Assembly (NCBI GenBank): GCA_964016885.1
Contig: OZ024741.1
Span: 194,556,001 to 194,620,000 of the forward strand
Length of the DNA: 64,000 nt
Source of the DNA: Eledone cirrhosa
Lineage: Eukaryota
Direction: 5' to 3'
Shown: positions 53,801-63,094 of the stretch, one piece after another
How the letters are laid out: every line of letters begins with the position of its first letter
Position numbering within the stretch: the first letter of the stretch is position 1
The notes under the pieces: generated by a model
What the model saw: the letters and a program-made list of their open reading frames with translations, nothing else
The model's database searches: none
What the model was told of the DNA's origin: nothing
Program-made: the position numbers and the translations under genes

Positions 53801-56800
53801 CACACACACATAGTAATAATAAATTTGAAGACTAAAATCCAAAGAGGGCTTGATAAGGATAAATATATATCAAATGTATAAGAACCGTAGAGCAAATATT
53901 TATATAGGCTAGGAATCCAAGGAATCGTTTCAGTTGTTGTTTGTTTGTTGGGATTGAGTAGTCTAGTAGGGTTTTGATGCGTTCCTTATCGGGTTTCTTT
54001 ACTCCGTTCTGAATGTTATAACCTAGTATAGATATACTCGTTTGGCAGATTTTACTCTTATCCAAGTTAAGAGTTAGGTTTTCTGTCTTCACGGCGTTTA
54101 AGAATGCTTCCACATTTCTATCATGTTCAGCTTTGGTATTTCCCGTGACTCTGACGTTGTCAATATAGGCATAGGTTTTGAGTAAGTTATATTTCTCTAT
54201 AACTTGATCCATAATTCTCTGAAAAACAGGTACAGCGTTAGTCACGTCGAAGGGTAAGCAGCAGAATTGGTAGAGTTTGTGATTAGCCTGAAATGCCGTT
54301 AGAGGTTTGTTGATTTTTCTTAAAGGTACTTGGTGATACGCTGAATTGAGGTCGAATTCTGAAAAATATTTATCCTGTGCCACTTTGTTAACAACATCCT
54401 CAATGTCGGGGGATGGATAGGCATCCAATTGTGTATACTTATTAATTGTCTGGGAGTAGTCTACCACGAGTCGAGGTTTCTTTCCGTGTACTATGAAGCA
54501 CTGAGCTCGCCAAGGTGAAATTGATTCCTCAATGATACCGGCTTCTAGGAGGCGAGTTATTTCGGACTTAGTAAAATTGTCGTCTCTCTTGTTAATGAAA
54601 CGTCCCTTAGTGGCAACCGGCTTGATATTTGTCTCGGCTAAATCGTGGAAGACAAGAGGCGGATTAACTTCTATTGTCGGAAAGCTACAGCATAGTTGAT
54701 TTGAAAATTTCATGGGAGGCCGGGCACCGCCAAGGTGGAGAATAATAGAGCTATGTTGGGTGAGGACATCCATTCCGATAATGATGTCTGCAACAAGACT
54801 TTTTGCAGTGATTAGGTTCACAGAGTATTCCTCGCTGTAGATACATATTGGTATGGATGTAGTACCAGTCGTCATTAATATTTTATTGTCGGCTAGTGTG
54901 ATTGCCCGTTTTTCTTGTTTTACGCTCAAGTTTAATTCAGTTGCTATGCTATGACGTATAAATGAATCTGTGGAACAAGGATCGATTAAGGCCTTTAGTG
55001 TGGTGTCTTTTATAGTTATCAGGCAGAGAATAGCTTTAGACTGTTTGCCGGTATTTAATGAACATATAAGTGAGGCTGCTTGCTTACTGCTTTGGCAGTC
55101 AGATTTACAGACTGATTGCCAGTGGCCGATCTTCCCACAAGAATAGCATATGTCTTTTCTAGCTGGGCATTTATTTCTAGGATGCCTAGAAAGTCCACAA
55201 AAAAAGCATTTAAATTCACTTTGGGAATTAGCATTTTTAAAGTATTTCAGAAGAGGTTGTTTTGATTTTGTAGCTGCTACGGTAGGTTCTTGAGAGGATG
55301 TAGTTGACAGTGTTGATGAATTCAGAGAGACGTCTAGGTTGAATGATTTAGTAAAATCACTGGATAGTTCTATTGCATTTGCCATTGCTATGCAGTCTTT
55401 TAGGTTTGCTTGAGTATCGTCTAGCTCTAGGAGACGTGCTCGTATAGCGTCTGATTGGACTCCTGCTACTAGTGAATCCAGGATCAACATATCTCTGTGG
55501 TCTTTAGCTGTGATGGCTTTACAGTTACATTTTTCCACTAAAAGGTTGAGTCTTTTAATAAACTCTCGGACGGTTTCTTCTTGCTTTTGGCGGCATGTTA
55601 GGAGTTGATGTCTGGCATAGAGTATACGACTGGGGGCTAAGAATTGAGTATCCAGGGTGATTAGTGCTTCGTTGAAGTTTTCTGCAGATTCGAGTAAACT
55701 AAATAGGTCGGCCCCAGCTTGTGAACGAAGGTAGGTCAATTTATGGTTGTCCTCTACTATGCCGTTTATGAGTAGGGAATCCACAAAACACTTCCGCCAC
55801 CATCGCCATTGCTCGGATGTGGGGTCATTTGGGAATGTTGGATGTGGAATTTTTAATTGAGCCATTGGTAATTGAGAATGTAGCAAGCTTTGAAGGTAGA
55901 GTAAGGGTGGAAACGAATACCACAAAACGTCTAGTCTCGGAACGAAACAATTGTAACAAATATCATATTGAATAAAATTGTTGTGCGTTCTAATATTGCA
56001 AAACTAAAGCTCCAATTCCAAGCTTTTATTCAATATCTAGAATATAAAAACAGTAATTAGTCTTGAAGAAATATAACAATAATATTTGTAAGAAAAGAAA
56101 GATATGCAATAAAACAAAGTTATATTGAGGATAGATGAACTTCATAACAATCCCGTTAAGGGTGAAAGCAGCGATTCTTTGCTTAAACTTTAATCTGTTA
56201 TTTTAATAAATATATATATATATATGAGAAACAAATGAGATCGTGTAGGTGTCTGTTATTTTAATAAATATATATATATATATATGAGAAACAAATGAGA
56301 TCGTGTAGGTGTCACGACAAAAAAACACACAGTCCACGCTGTAATGTGGCCGTGTAGGCAACACGGTAAAAACCTCCCAGACCCACACTGTAAATGTGGT
56401 TGGTGTTAGGAAGGGCATCCAACTGTAGAAAACCTGCCAGACAGTCCTAGGCGAGCAAGACAATCACTCTTGCCTCAAGTGGGACTACCCCCGTCCAAAC
56501 CCATGCAAGCAGGGAACACGGACGTTAAACGTTGATGATGATGATGATGATGATGATATATATGAAATATAAGAATCAAAGAACTGTTCAAAACATTTTT
56601 ATGCTTACAACTGTTTCCTCCAAACCGAGGTTTGGATTCTTCGGAGCAATTTATTAATGAATGAACACTTATATGACCTCCTTTTCACCCAAGAGACATA
56701 CAAATACATATGCAAATATTGTGGGTCAACATTCATTACAGCATTTAGAGTGGCAGTACACACTTAGAGATTACATTCATATTAAAAGATACAATCAAAA

Positions 56801-59800
56801 ATACAGGTTAAAATACAACATGAAAATAAGCGGTTATATAGTGCAAAGGTTATATGTGTGGCAAGCACGTGCGTCTTGTTTATATAGTGTGGCAGAGAGT
56901 TACGTAGTAGAAGCACTTAAGTAGGTAAACAAGAGTGTAAATTCATTTATCAATAGAGTGAGATGGAGGACATTCCATTATGATAGAAACAGATCTAACA
57001 ATGTGAATAATACTAACAAATTTGACTCCTTCGGCTTTAAAACCTTTAAAAGCCCCCCTCATAACACACTACTTAACTCCTTTGAAAATGATCTAGTTAA
57101 ACTAGTTAAGAACATTAAATACAATAAGCACCATAATAGAAGCAACACCTTCTTAAACAAACTTAACACCTCTATTAATGGATTCAAAACTAGTAATAAA
57201 ATTATTGTACACGCAGATAAAACTAATAACATATACAGCCTAGATTATAATACTTATAGAAAGTTTATATATAATGAACTACATAAAAGCTACAAGAAGA
57301 CCACCTTGAAAAACTTAGAAGATATTAATATAGAGGGATATAATATAGTGTCTAAACTAGGACTTCAGAGGCATACACAACCATTCACCCCAAACCCCCC
57401 TAGATTCTCTCTGAAGGATCATAAGGAGGACTTCATCAGCAACCCCTCGATAAGACTTATCTGCCCTTCCAAGTCCGACATTGGTATTATCAGCAAGAAA
57501 ATTTTAGATAAAATCATCCCACAAATTAAACACAAGATACACCTTAAACAATGGGGAAATACGGGTGAAGTTATTGAATGGTTCAAAGATATCAAGAATA
57601 ATAAGGACAAAAAATGTATTCAATTTGATATCAATTCATACTACACGTCTATTTCCCCTATCCTATTAAATAAGGCACTAATCATGGCCATGAACAATAG
57701 CGACCTGACTAGAGCCCAGATTGATGTCACCCTTGCGGCCCGTAAAACCATAATCACCTTCGAGGACCAACTATGGACACGCAAGGATACGCACAACAAC
57801 TTCGACATAACCATGGGATCTAGTGACTTGGCGCAGGTCACTGATTTGGTCGGCCTATACCTTCTCAATGAAATCCATAAGGACCTCCCTTACCTCAACG
57901 GTGGTTTGTACCGCGATGATGCACTTCTACTTATAGAATATAAAAAATTTAATATAGAAAGAACTAGAAAACTATTGCACAAGACATTCAAAAACTTTAA
58001 CCTTAGTATCACCATGGACAAAAACACTAAAAATGTTAACTTCCTAGACATCACACTATACCTAGACTCAAAAATATATACACCTTTCCATAAGCCTAAC
58101 GAAAAACTCATTTACGTAGATACCAAGTCTAATCACCCTAGATCAATATTAAACTCTATCTCTAAGGGGGTATCCAATAGAATATCTAGTCTGTCCTATG
58201 ACGCAAACATATTTAGCAAAAACTCACAATATTATAATCAAGCATTAGCTAGATCCGGCCATAATATAGAAATTGAGTTCCTGCCTAAGAAAACGCATAG
58301 CTACAACATGATCTCGCACAACATGTCCATGAGGAAACCTAATAATAGGAATAGCAACCACAAGTACACCAAAGCGGAGGGTGCCACCGGAAGTAACCAT
58401 TACCACGGAAACTACCGTAGTGCCTTAGGAAGAAACAACACACCAGACACTAAAAACAAAAATAGAAGAAGAAATAATACATTTTTCAACCCTCCTTTCA
58501 ACCTAAATGTCTCCACCAACATACCTAGGGCTTTCTTCTCACTACGAGATAAAAACTTCCCTCTAGGACACAAGTACCACAACCTTTTAAACAAAAACAC
58601 TATTAAAATCTCATACTCTACGACGCCTAACTTAGCATACCACATAGCTAGCAGCAATAAAAGTAAAATTAATTCTTACTTCCAACAAACGAAATCACAA
58701 CAGGAGGTAAACCTTCTAAATACCTCTGTAGCAAGCGACCATAGTAACGGCAGTAACAATAGAAATAACACTAGTATAAGAAATAACACCAGGGTCGACA
58801 ACCCGAATGTCCAAAATCCTATAGCTACCACCCAGACTTCTGCACTGCATTATAACCAGCAGACTAACACACAGGATAATTGTAACTGTAGAGCTAATAG
58901 AACCTGCCCTTTAGATAAAAAATGCCTAACCAAGGATATCATATACTCATGCACCGTCACAACTAGCAACTCTTCAGAAACCTATGTAGGCTCCACTTCT
59001 AACTGCTTCAAAATCAGATATAATTCGCACATCCACTCGTTCAAAAAGCACAGTCTAGCCAACTCCACCTCACTATCTAGCTACATACACTATCTAAAAA
59101 CTAAAAATAAACCTTACACACTCAAATGGGGAGTGATAGGTAGCGCGACTTCGTACAAACCACCTAATAAATTTTGTAACCTCTGTATACTAGAGACCCA
59201 CAATATTATCTTCTCTAACCGTAACCTACTTAACAAAAAATCTGAAGTGTTTGCAACTTGCCAGCACCGCTTCAGACATTCCTTCCAAAACTTTAAGCCC
59301 AATATATAGCAATGTCGGACTTGAACCAAACACCACCTCTAGCATCAAACACCAGGGGGACACCTTATACCACATACCCAACACTAACTGATCTAATATA
59401 ACACAAACAGCGACATCCCTCTAGAACCCTTCGCAGGGCGAATACCCATTTGTACCTCTACTTTAGGTGTGACAACATCCACCCACTTGAACTGCACTAC
59501 ACCGCTCTATAGGTAATTTAAGCATGAATTGATTGTCTTGTTAGTGTTGTGCGGACGAAGTGCCATCGTTGGATGGATGATAAACGAATTAATCTAGTAA
59601 CGCTGATGAGCAGTAGGACCGGTACGCTGAGTGCAGGGAATGAATGTATTGCAAGTGGCGTATGGGTTGTACATATATGGATGATTTGATGGTCAGATTG
59701 GGGTCATGAGGACTGCGGATTGACCTCTGGTCGGCCCTGGTGATGATTATCTTTCGACATCCAATGTAGCAAGCGATGACCCAGAACTTACCAGAGATCA

Positions 59801-61131
59801 TTGTGTGTTGAAGTGATTCTGCAATCACCGCGCCTGGTCCTTTGAGTAGATTACAACCACAGAGATCATTAATTTAGAATCCTCGCTCGTCGTCTATAAT
59901 ATTCATTTGTGGCACTCTACGATGGGGGTTAATCACCATAATAATACGAACAACTTAATAGACTACTCTATAGTTAAAACACTTTAGATTTTAGAAATTG
60001 CGCATAACCATAGAAGTTAGGGTCTATTTTGAGACGCACTTCAATAGTTAGTAATAGAAACCTCGGAGTTACCTCCCCTTAGCCACACACACTTCCGGGT
60101 AGTATTTCGATGTCGATTCTCGAAATGTAACATCCTCCTGTATTGAACTAAAGAACATCAGACTACGATTCTCTAACTGGATTGTCAAACGCTCAATATC
60201 GAATCGTCGTGGATTATGTGAGGGGCATATAATCTGAAAAATACACTCCCCAGACTATGAAAATGTCGAAGTACATGAAGTCCATATCATCCCTTCGCTG
60301 CGCATTTCCAATATTTTTAATGCTTATATTATTTCTCCACACACAGACTATAACAATCATATAAAGAATTTGTCACCAGATCAACCAACCTAACACTCTT
60401 GTTTACCTACTTAAGTGCTTCTACTACACGTAACTCTCTGCCACACTATATAAACAAGAGGGCGGTGGATTGGCAGTATCGGTGGAGGGTCGGACGCCAT
60501 GCTTTCCAGCATAGTTACGTCCCTTTACGATCTGAGTTCAAATCCCGCCGAGGTTGACTTTGCCTTTCATCCTTACGGGGTCGATAAAATAAAGTACCAG
60601 TAATGCACTGGGTAATTGCTGGCCTTGTGCCTAAAGTAGAAACAATTATATAAACAAGACGCACGTGCTTGCTACACATATAACCTTTGCACTATATAAC
60701 CGCTTATTTTCATGTATTTTAACCTGTATTTTTGATTGTATCTTTTAATATGAATGTAATCTCTAAGTGTGTACTGCCACTCTAAATGCTGTAATGAATG
60801 TTGACCCACAATATTTGCATATGTATCTGTATGTCTCTTGGGTGAAAAGGAGGTCATATAAGTGTTCATTCATTAATAAATTGCTCCGAAGAATCCAAAC
60901 CTCGGTTTGGAGGAAACAGTTGTAAGCATAAAAATGTTTTGAACAGTTCTTTGATTCTTATATTTCATATAACTGCTCTGTAAATCATCTGATGTTTTTA
61001 CATTGAGCTACTTAACTTACTGGTAATAAGGTAGTAATATATTACTGCCTACCACTATTTAGGGTTTGTATAAAAATATATATAACTGCAAAAGGTTTTT
61101 GTATTTACATAACCATAAATAGTATAATTAA

Positions 61132-61178
<47 letters not shown>

Positions 61179-63011
61179 AACACATGGTGTATTATTAAAG
61201 TTGCTGTTTTGTTACCATAGTAATAAGAAATCATACACAACAATATTTACAGAAGGAAATCAATAAACCACAGACCCATTTCTTTAGTTCACCATGAAAT
61301 GTCGTCTCTTCTTCTTTGCCCACTTATTCCTGAGAATGTCATGAGGGCAGAGTCATCAAACACTCCTTTCAAAAACAACCATTTCCCAAGCAAGACGAGC
61401 TGAGCCTATGGATGTTATCCAACCATCTCGCCCCGAGTCTACCCCTATGTCTCCAGCCAGTTGGTTTTACCTGTCACATCTGTTCATCGATTCTTTCCTG
61501 AGACATTCTAACCACATGCTCTTAGTATCAGAGCTGTGATCTCTCAATTCAGAGAAGTAGCGGCTCTACCTGGAGTGACTTTCTGATCTCCGAGTTATGC
61601 ACTCTATTGAGTAACGTTACTCCAAAGACCCAGTTGAAGGAACCCCATTTCAACTGCTTCTATTTGCGATCATATTCTTTTGGCCATTACTCAATAGTCA
61701 TGAGCATAGGCAAGGGTTGGCATGAATACTGAATTGAAAATAGCGAGTTTGGCTTTTACACCCACCTCTCTTCTTCTGATTACTGAATGCTGAAGCTAAT
61801 GCATTACTACACCAGCTCCTACAATTCTTGCACTTAATTCAGCCTCCTGTCTTGCGTCACTCATGAACATGGACCCAAGGTATTTGAATTTCTTCACCTG
61901 CTTCAGTGGAATTCAATTTACATGAAGAGTGCACTAAGTAGGCTTGCTTGCGAGGACAAATGTCTTAGATTTCACAGCATATTTTCATTCCAGCCATGCA
62001 GCACTCAGCATTAAACCTATCAAGTGCAAGTTAAAAATCACCTTCTCTCTGAGTCCTGTGTGCCTGGTGGCCTGGATCTCTGGAAAGGCACCTAAGCAAT
62101 TGGGAGTGATAATCCCAATTTTCAAAAAGGAAGGCAAGAGAAATTCTCCAATTATAGAGGGATCTCCTTGGCAAAGTCTATGCTAAGTGTCTGGCAAAGA
62201 GATGTAGGGAGATTGTCAAGTCTAAGCTAGATGTTGAACAGTGTGATTTTTACCCTAGATACAGCACAGCCAACCAAATATTCACACTATGGTAGGTCTG
62301 TGAGAAATAGTGGGAGTACAAGAGGTGTATTCTTGCTTTGTAAACCTCGAAAAGGCATATAACGCATTTCATGGGACCTGCTGTGAAAGGTTCTGCAGGC
62401 GTATGGAATCGATGGTCTGCTTCTTGTTGCCCTGATGTTTCTATTTGAATGCCTGAGTATTTGTGTTTGGATAAATGGTGTTAAACTGAAAACATTTGAG
62501 GGTGCATACTGTCAGTGAAATGTCGATAAAGCAAATTGGTTACCTGTGCCTTAGACAAGTAGCATTTCAGAGCATCAATTAATTACAATTAAATTTCCTA
62601 TAGAAGATCAGGTATCTGTTCACAATAGAATATCTGGTACCTGGTAATAGGTCTGGTCTCTATGTCCAATACATATATAGAATAAAGCATCCTACCCAGA
62701 TACACAACACTATGTGGATTTGTTTATCTGGTAGCCCTATGTTTTATCTGCTAAACACATTATGTACAAAACATTTTCTATACTTGACATACTAAGTATT
62801 TTCTCTAATCCTTCTCCTCCAAAATTGTAACTTATTGGACCTCATTTCCTGTGGGTAGAAAATTCTGAAAAAATAATAAGTGATTGATCCTTGAGATGGG
62901 GGGGGGGGGGGGGTTCTTCGAGACCCATGAGTAGGTGAAACATTCAGAAAAATCTAGAGAAAAATGAAACCATAATAATGTTTTACAATATTTCAGGGTT
63001 TTTCTCAGTGA
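35736..63011 (+). CDS. SELENOL: Selenoprotein L (thioredoxin/AhpC-TSA-like fold, UxxU motif), 10 exons, 313 aa, Sec172 and Sec175
   Basis: join(35736-35862,40227-40305,41374-41427,43740-43785,45557-45808,48577-48699,50555-50593,52324-52422,53079-53186,62997-63011). All GT-AG with consistent phases; 942 nt. LLLVFQRHFG-U-LP-U-RKHV and QMGGDFIIDQTGKILFTYRSQTPSDRPSVDQIL match the SelL family as I recall it; SECIS follows the stop. Confidence 0.92.
35979..36766 (-). mobile_element. tRNA-derived SINE interrupted by a foldback MITE
   Basis: SINE halves rejoin across 36025-36630. Confidence 0.8.
36025..36622. mobile_element. Foldback MITE, ~200-bp TIRs starting GGCACTACCATGC, 8-bp TSD CAGTGTAT (Merlin-like termini)
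   Basis: TIRs and TSD read directly. Confidence 0.8.
36845..38360 (-). mobile_element. Frameshifted non-LTR retrotransposon RT remnant, CRE-clade-like
   Basis: GAGIDGLRPQHLKD, LRPIAAGCTLRRLTAK, LGVGTRLGCEVAVHA, KLD..AFNSISR, WYLDD; GC-rich relative to host. Confidence 0.75.
40227..40305 (+). CDS. SELENOL: SelL exon 2 (DCLEDFLSSNMGKLFCLFLEYNTMFQ)
   Basis: TTTTCAG acceptor, AAG/GT donor, phases fit. Confidence 0.85.
41374..41427 (+). CDS. SELENOL: SelL exon 3 (SLGIENRKELDGHVGKHY)
   Basis: Poly-T acceptor, CAG/GTAAAT donor. Confidence 0.85.
41888..43220. repeat. 27-bp minisatellite (TTGGATATTGGTAGAATAGGTAGAGTA) inside a SINE head
   Basis: About 49 units; continues into SINE body at 43220-43405. 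Confidence 0.95.
43740..43785 (+). CDS. SELENOL: SelL exon 4 (RQSVIKDLADNLTEFE)
   Basis: TTTTAG acceptor, GAG/GTAATT donor. Confidence 0.85.
45036..45315 (+). mobile_element. Second tRNA-derived SINE family
   Basis: TGGCCTAGTGG A box, GGTTCGATTCC B box, CTTGAGCAAAACACTT and CCCTGCGATGGACTGGCGTCCTGTCCAGGG body motifs. Confidence 0.75.
45557..45808 (+). CDS. SELENOL: SelL exon 5 with two in-frame UGA (Sec) codons at 45764-45766 and 45773-45775
   Basis: AEWDQFIDTID...RHFG TGA CTG CCC TGA CGT AAA CAT...CM/GTAAGC; 252 nt. Confidence 0.93.
47134..48065 (+). mobile_element. RTE-clade LINE 3' fragment with (GAT)n tail
   Basis: FRYLGD, LHGSETW, RRLRWYGHV, GRPRKTW. Confidence 0.9.
48577..48699 (+). 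CDS. SELENOL: SelL exon 6 (SELKSSGCEVILVFFGPLESVKKWLIETKSSFPALQDSSKN)
   Basis: 123 nt, GT-AG. Confidence 0.92.
49663..49709 (-). ncRNA. Minimal hammerhead motif (CCGATGA core)
   Basis: AACTGTC-CCGATGA-GAATcattaaGTTT-GAAAT-acat-ATA-GGCAGTT; 7-bp helix I. Confidence 0.55.
50555..50593 (+). CDS. SELENOL: SelL exon 7 (LYSTLGLSRSVKK)
   Basis: 39 nt, GT-AG; Y..LGL motif typical of the fold. Confidence 0.9.
51500..52260. repeat. Degenerate tandem arrays (~55-bp RTE-tail-like unit, then ~65-bp unit)
   Basis: Recurring AAAAGCACCCAGTCCACCCTGTAAAGTGG and GGCCAGTT..GTACCCTGCTTGTAG motifs. Confidence 0.7.
52324..52422 (+). CDS. SELENOL: SelL exon 8 (VYCIETIQYYAAQKASHVALPTPYKGFNEDTYQ)
   Basis: 99 nt, GT-AG. 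Confidence 0.88.
53079..53186 (+). CDS. SELENOL: SelL exon 9 (MGGDFIIDQTGKILFTYRSQTPSDRPSVDQILGTLK)
   Basis: 108 nt; donor AAA/GTTTGT (the same GTTTGT donor is used in Sec23). Confidence 0.9.
53832..55925 (-). pseudogene. Gypsy gag-protease-RT polyprotein, truncated within RT
   Basis: Zinc knuckles CFFCGLSRHPRNKC and CYSCGKIGHWQSVC; protease ALIDPCS; RT RLVVDY, FDLNSAYHQ, AYIDNV. Confidence 0.85.
53890..56149 (-). mobile_element. Ty3/Gypsy LTR retrotransposon, 3'-truncated; putative 5' LTR 55979-56149
   Basis: LTR TGTTATG...CACAACA with AATAAA; gag-PR-RT ORF; no RNase H, integrase or second LTR. Confidence 0.85.
56601..56649 (-). ncRNA. Hammerhead motif, copy in the left inverted pLTR
   Basis: Reverse complement of 60881-60929. 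Confidence 0.75.
56958..59309 (+). CDS. Penelope-like RT plus GIY-YIG endonuclease (783 aa, N-terminally truncated, no ATG start)
   Basis: FDINSYYTSI, FDITMGSSD, GGLYRDDAL, VNFLDITL; CNCx5CPLxxKC linker; IIYSC...TYVGST..FKIRY..H; CNLC..E..LNKKSE...CQH. Confidence 0.92.
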   Translation: MRWRTFHYDRNRSNNVNNTNKFDSFGFKTFKSPPHNTLLNSFENDLVKLVKNIKYNKHHNRSNTFLNKLNTSINGFKTSNKIIVHADKTNNIYSLDYNTYRKFIYNELHKSYKKTTLKNLEDINIEGYNIVSKLGLQRHTQPFTPNPPRFSLKDHKEDFISNPSIRLICPSKSDIGIISKKILDKIIPQIKHKIHLKQWGNTGEVIEWFKDIKNNKDKKCIQFDINSYYTSISPILLNKALIMAMNNSDLTRAQIDVTLAARKTIITFEDQLWTRKDTHNNFDITMGSSDLAQVTDLVGLYLLNEIHKDLPYLNGGLYRDDALLLIEYKKFNIERTRKLLHKTFKNFNLSITMDKNTKNVNFLDITLYLDSKIYTPFHKPNEKLIYVDTKSNHPRSILNSISKGVSNRISSLSYDANIFSKNSQYYNQALARSGHNIEIEFLPKKTHSYNMISHNMSMRKPNNRNSNHKYTKAEGATGSNHYHGNYRSALGRNNTPDTKNKNRRRNNTFFNPPFNLNVSTNIPRAFFSLRDKNFPLGHKYHNLLNKNTIKISYSTTPNLAYHIASSNKSKINSYFQQTKSQQEVNLLNTSVASDHSNGSNNRNNTSIRNNTRVDNPNVQNPIATTQTSALHYNQQTNTQDNCNCRANRTCPLDKKCLTKDIIYSCTVTTSNSSETYVGSTSNCFKIRYNSHIHSFKKHSLANSTSLSSYIHYLKTKNKPYTLKWGVIGSATSYKPPNKFCNLCILETHNIIFSNRNLLNKKSEVFATCQHRFRHSFQNFKPNI
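60460..60646 (+). mobile_element. tRNA-derived SINE inserted in the right pLTR, 13-bp TSD TATATAAACAAGA
   Basis: TSD at 60447-60459 and 60647-60659; empty site visible in the left pLTR. Confidence 0.9.
60881..60929 (+). ncRNA. Type I hammerhead ribozyme motif in the right pLTR (CCGAAGA core variant)
   Basis: TGCT-CCGAAGA-aTCCAAACCtcGGTTTGGAg-GAAAC-agtt-GTA-AGCA. Confidence 0.75.
61310..62500. mobile_element. Decayed RTE-type LINE in two inverted parts (minus 61310-61945, plus 62050-62500)
   Basis: Minus strand: KQVKKFKYLGSMF...KAKLAIFNSVF; plus strand: VIIPIFKK, LEKAY. Confidence 0.65.
62997..63011 (+). CDS. SELENOL: SelL terminal exon, coding part (GFSQ-stop), followed by 3' UTR with SECIS and AATAAA signals (63266, 63292)
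   Basis: Acceptor ATATTTCAG at 62996, phase 0 matches exon 9, SECIS immediately downstream. Confidence 0.75.
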   Translation, partial: GFSQ

Positions 63012-63013
63012 TC

Positions 63014-63094
63014 TGAAGCATGTGGTATCTATGAAGGCCCTAGATAAAAGCAGTGATACTGAAAACTTTGGCCAGAAACTTCAACACGTCTTCA
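63014..63094 (+). promoter_or_regulatory. Type II eukaryotic SECIS element
   Basis: Helix I TGAAG(C)ATGTG/CACGTCTTCA; core ATGAA(63031)/AGAA(63074); helix II GGCC..AG.T/A.CT..GGCC; apical AAAA 11 nt after ATGA; mini-stem CAGT-gat-ACTG. Confidence 0.85.

Larger units (their letters stand above)
56559..60971 (+). mobile_element. Penelope-like retroelement, 5'-truncated, bounded by inverted pLTRs (56559-56938 and 60393-60971)
   Basis: ~380-bp arms are near-perfect reverse complements; ORF with RT and GIY-YIG; hammerhead motif in each arm. Confidence 0.92.

Noticed and set aside
59589-59828. 79-aa antisense ORF inside the Penelope element
   Set aside because: No recognisable motif, non-ATG start.
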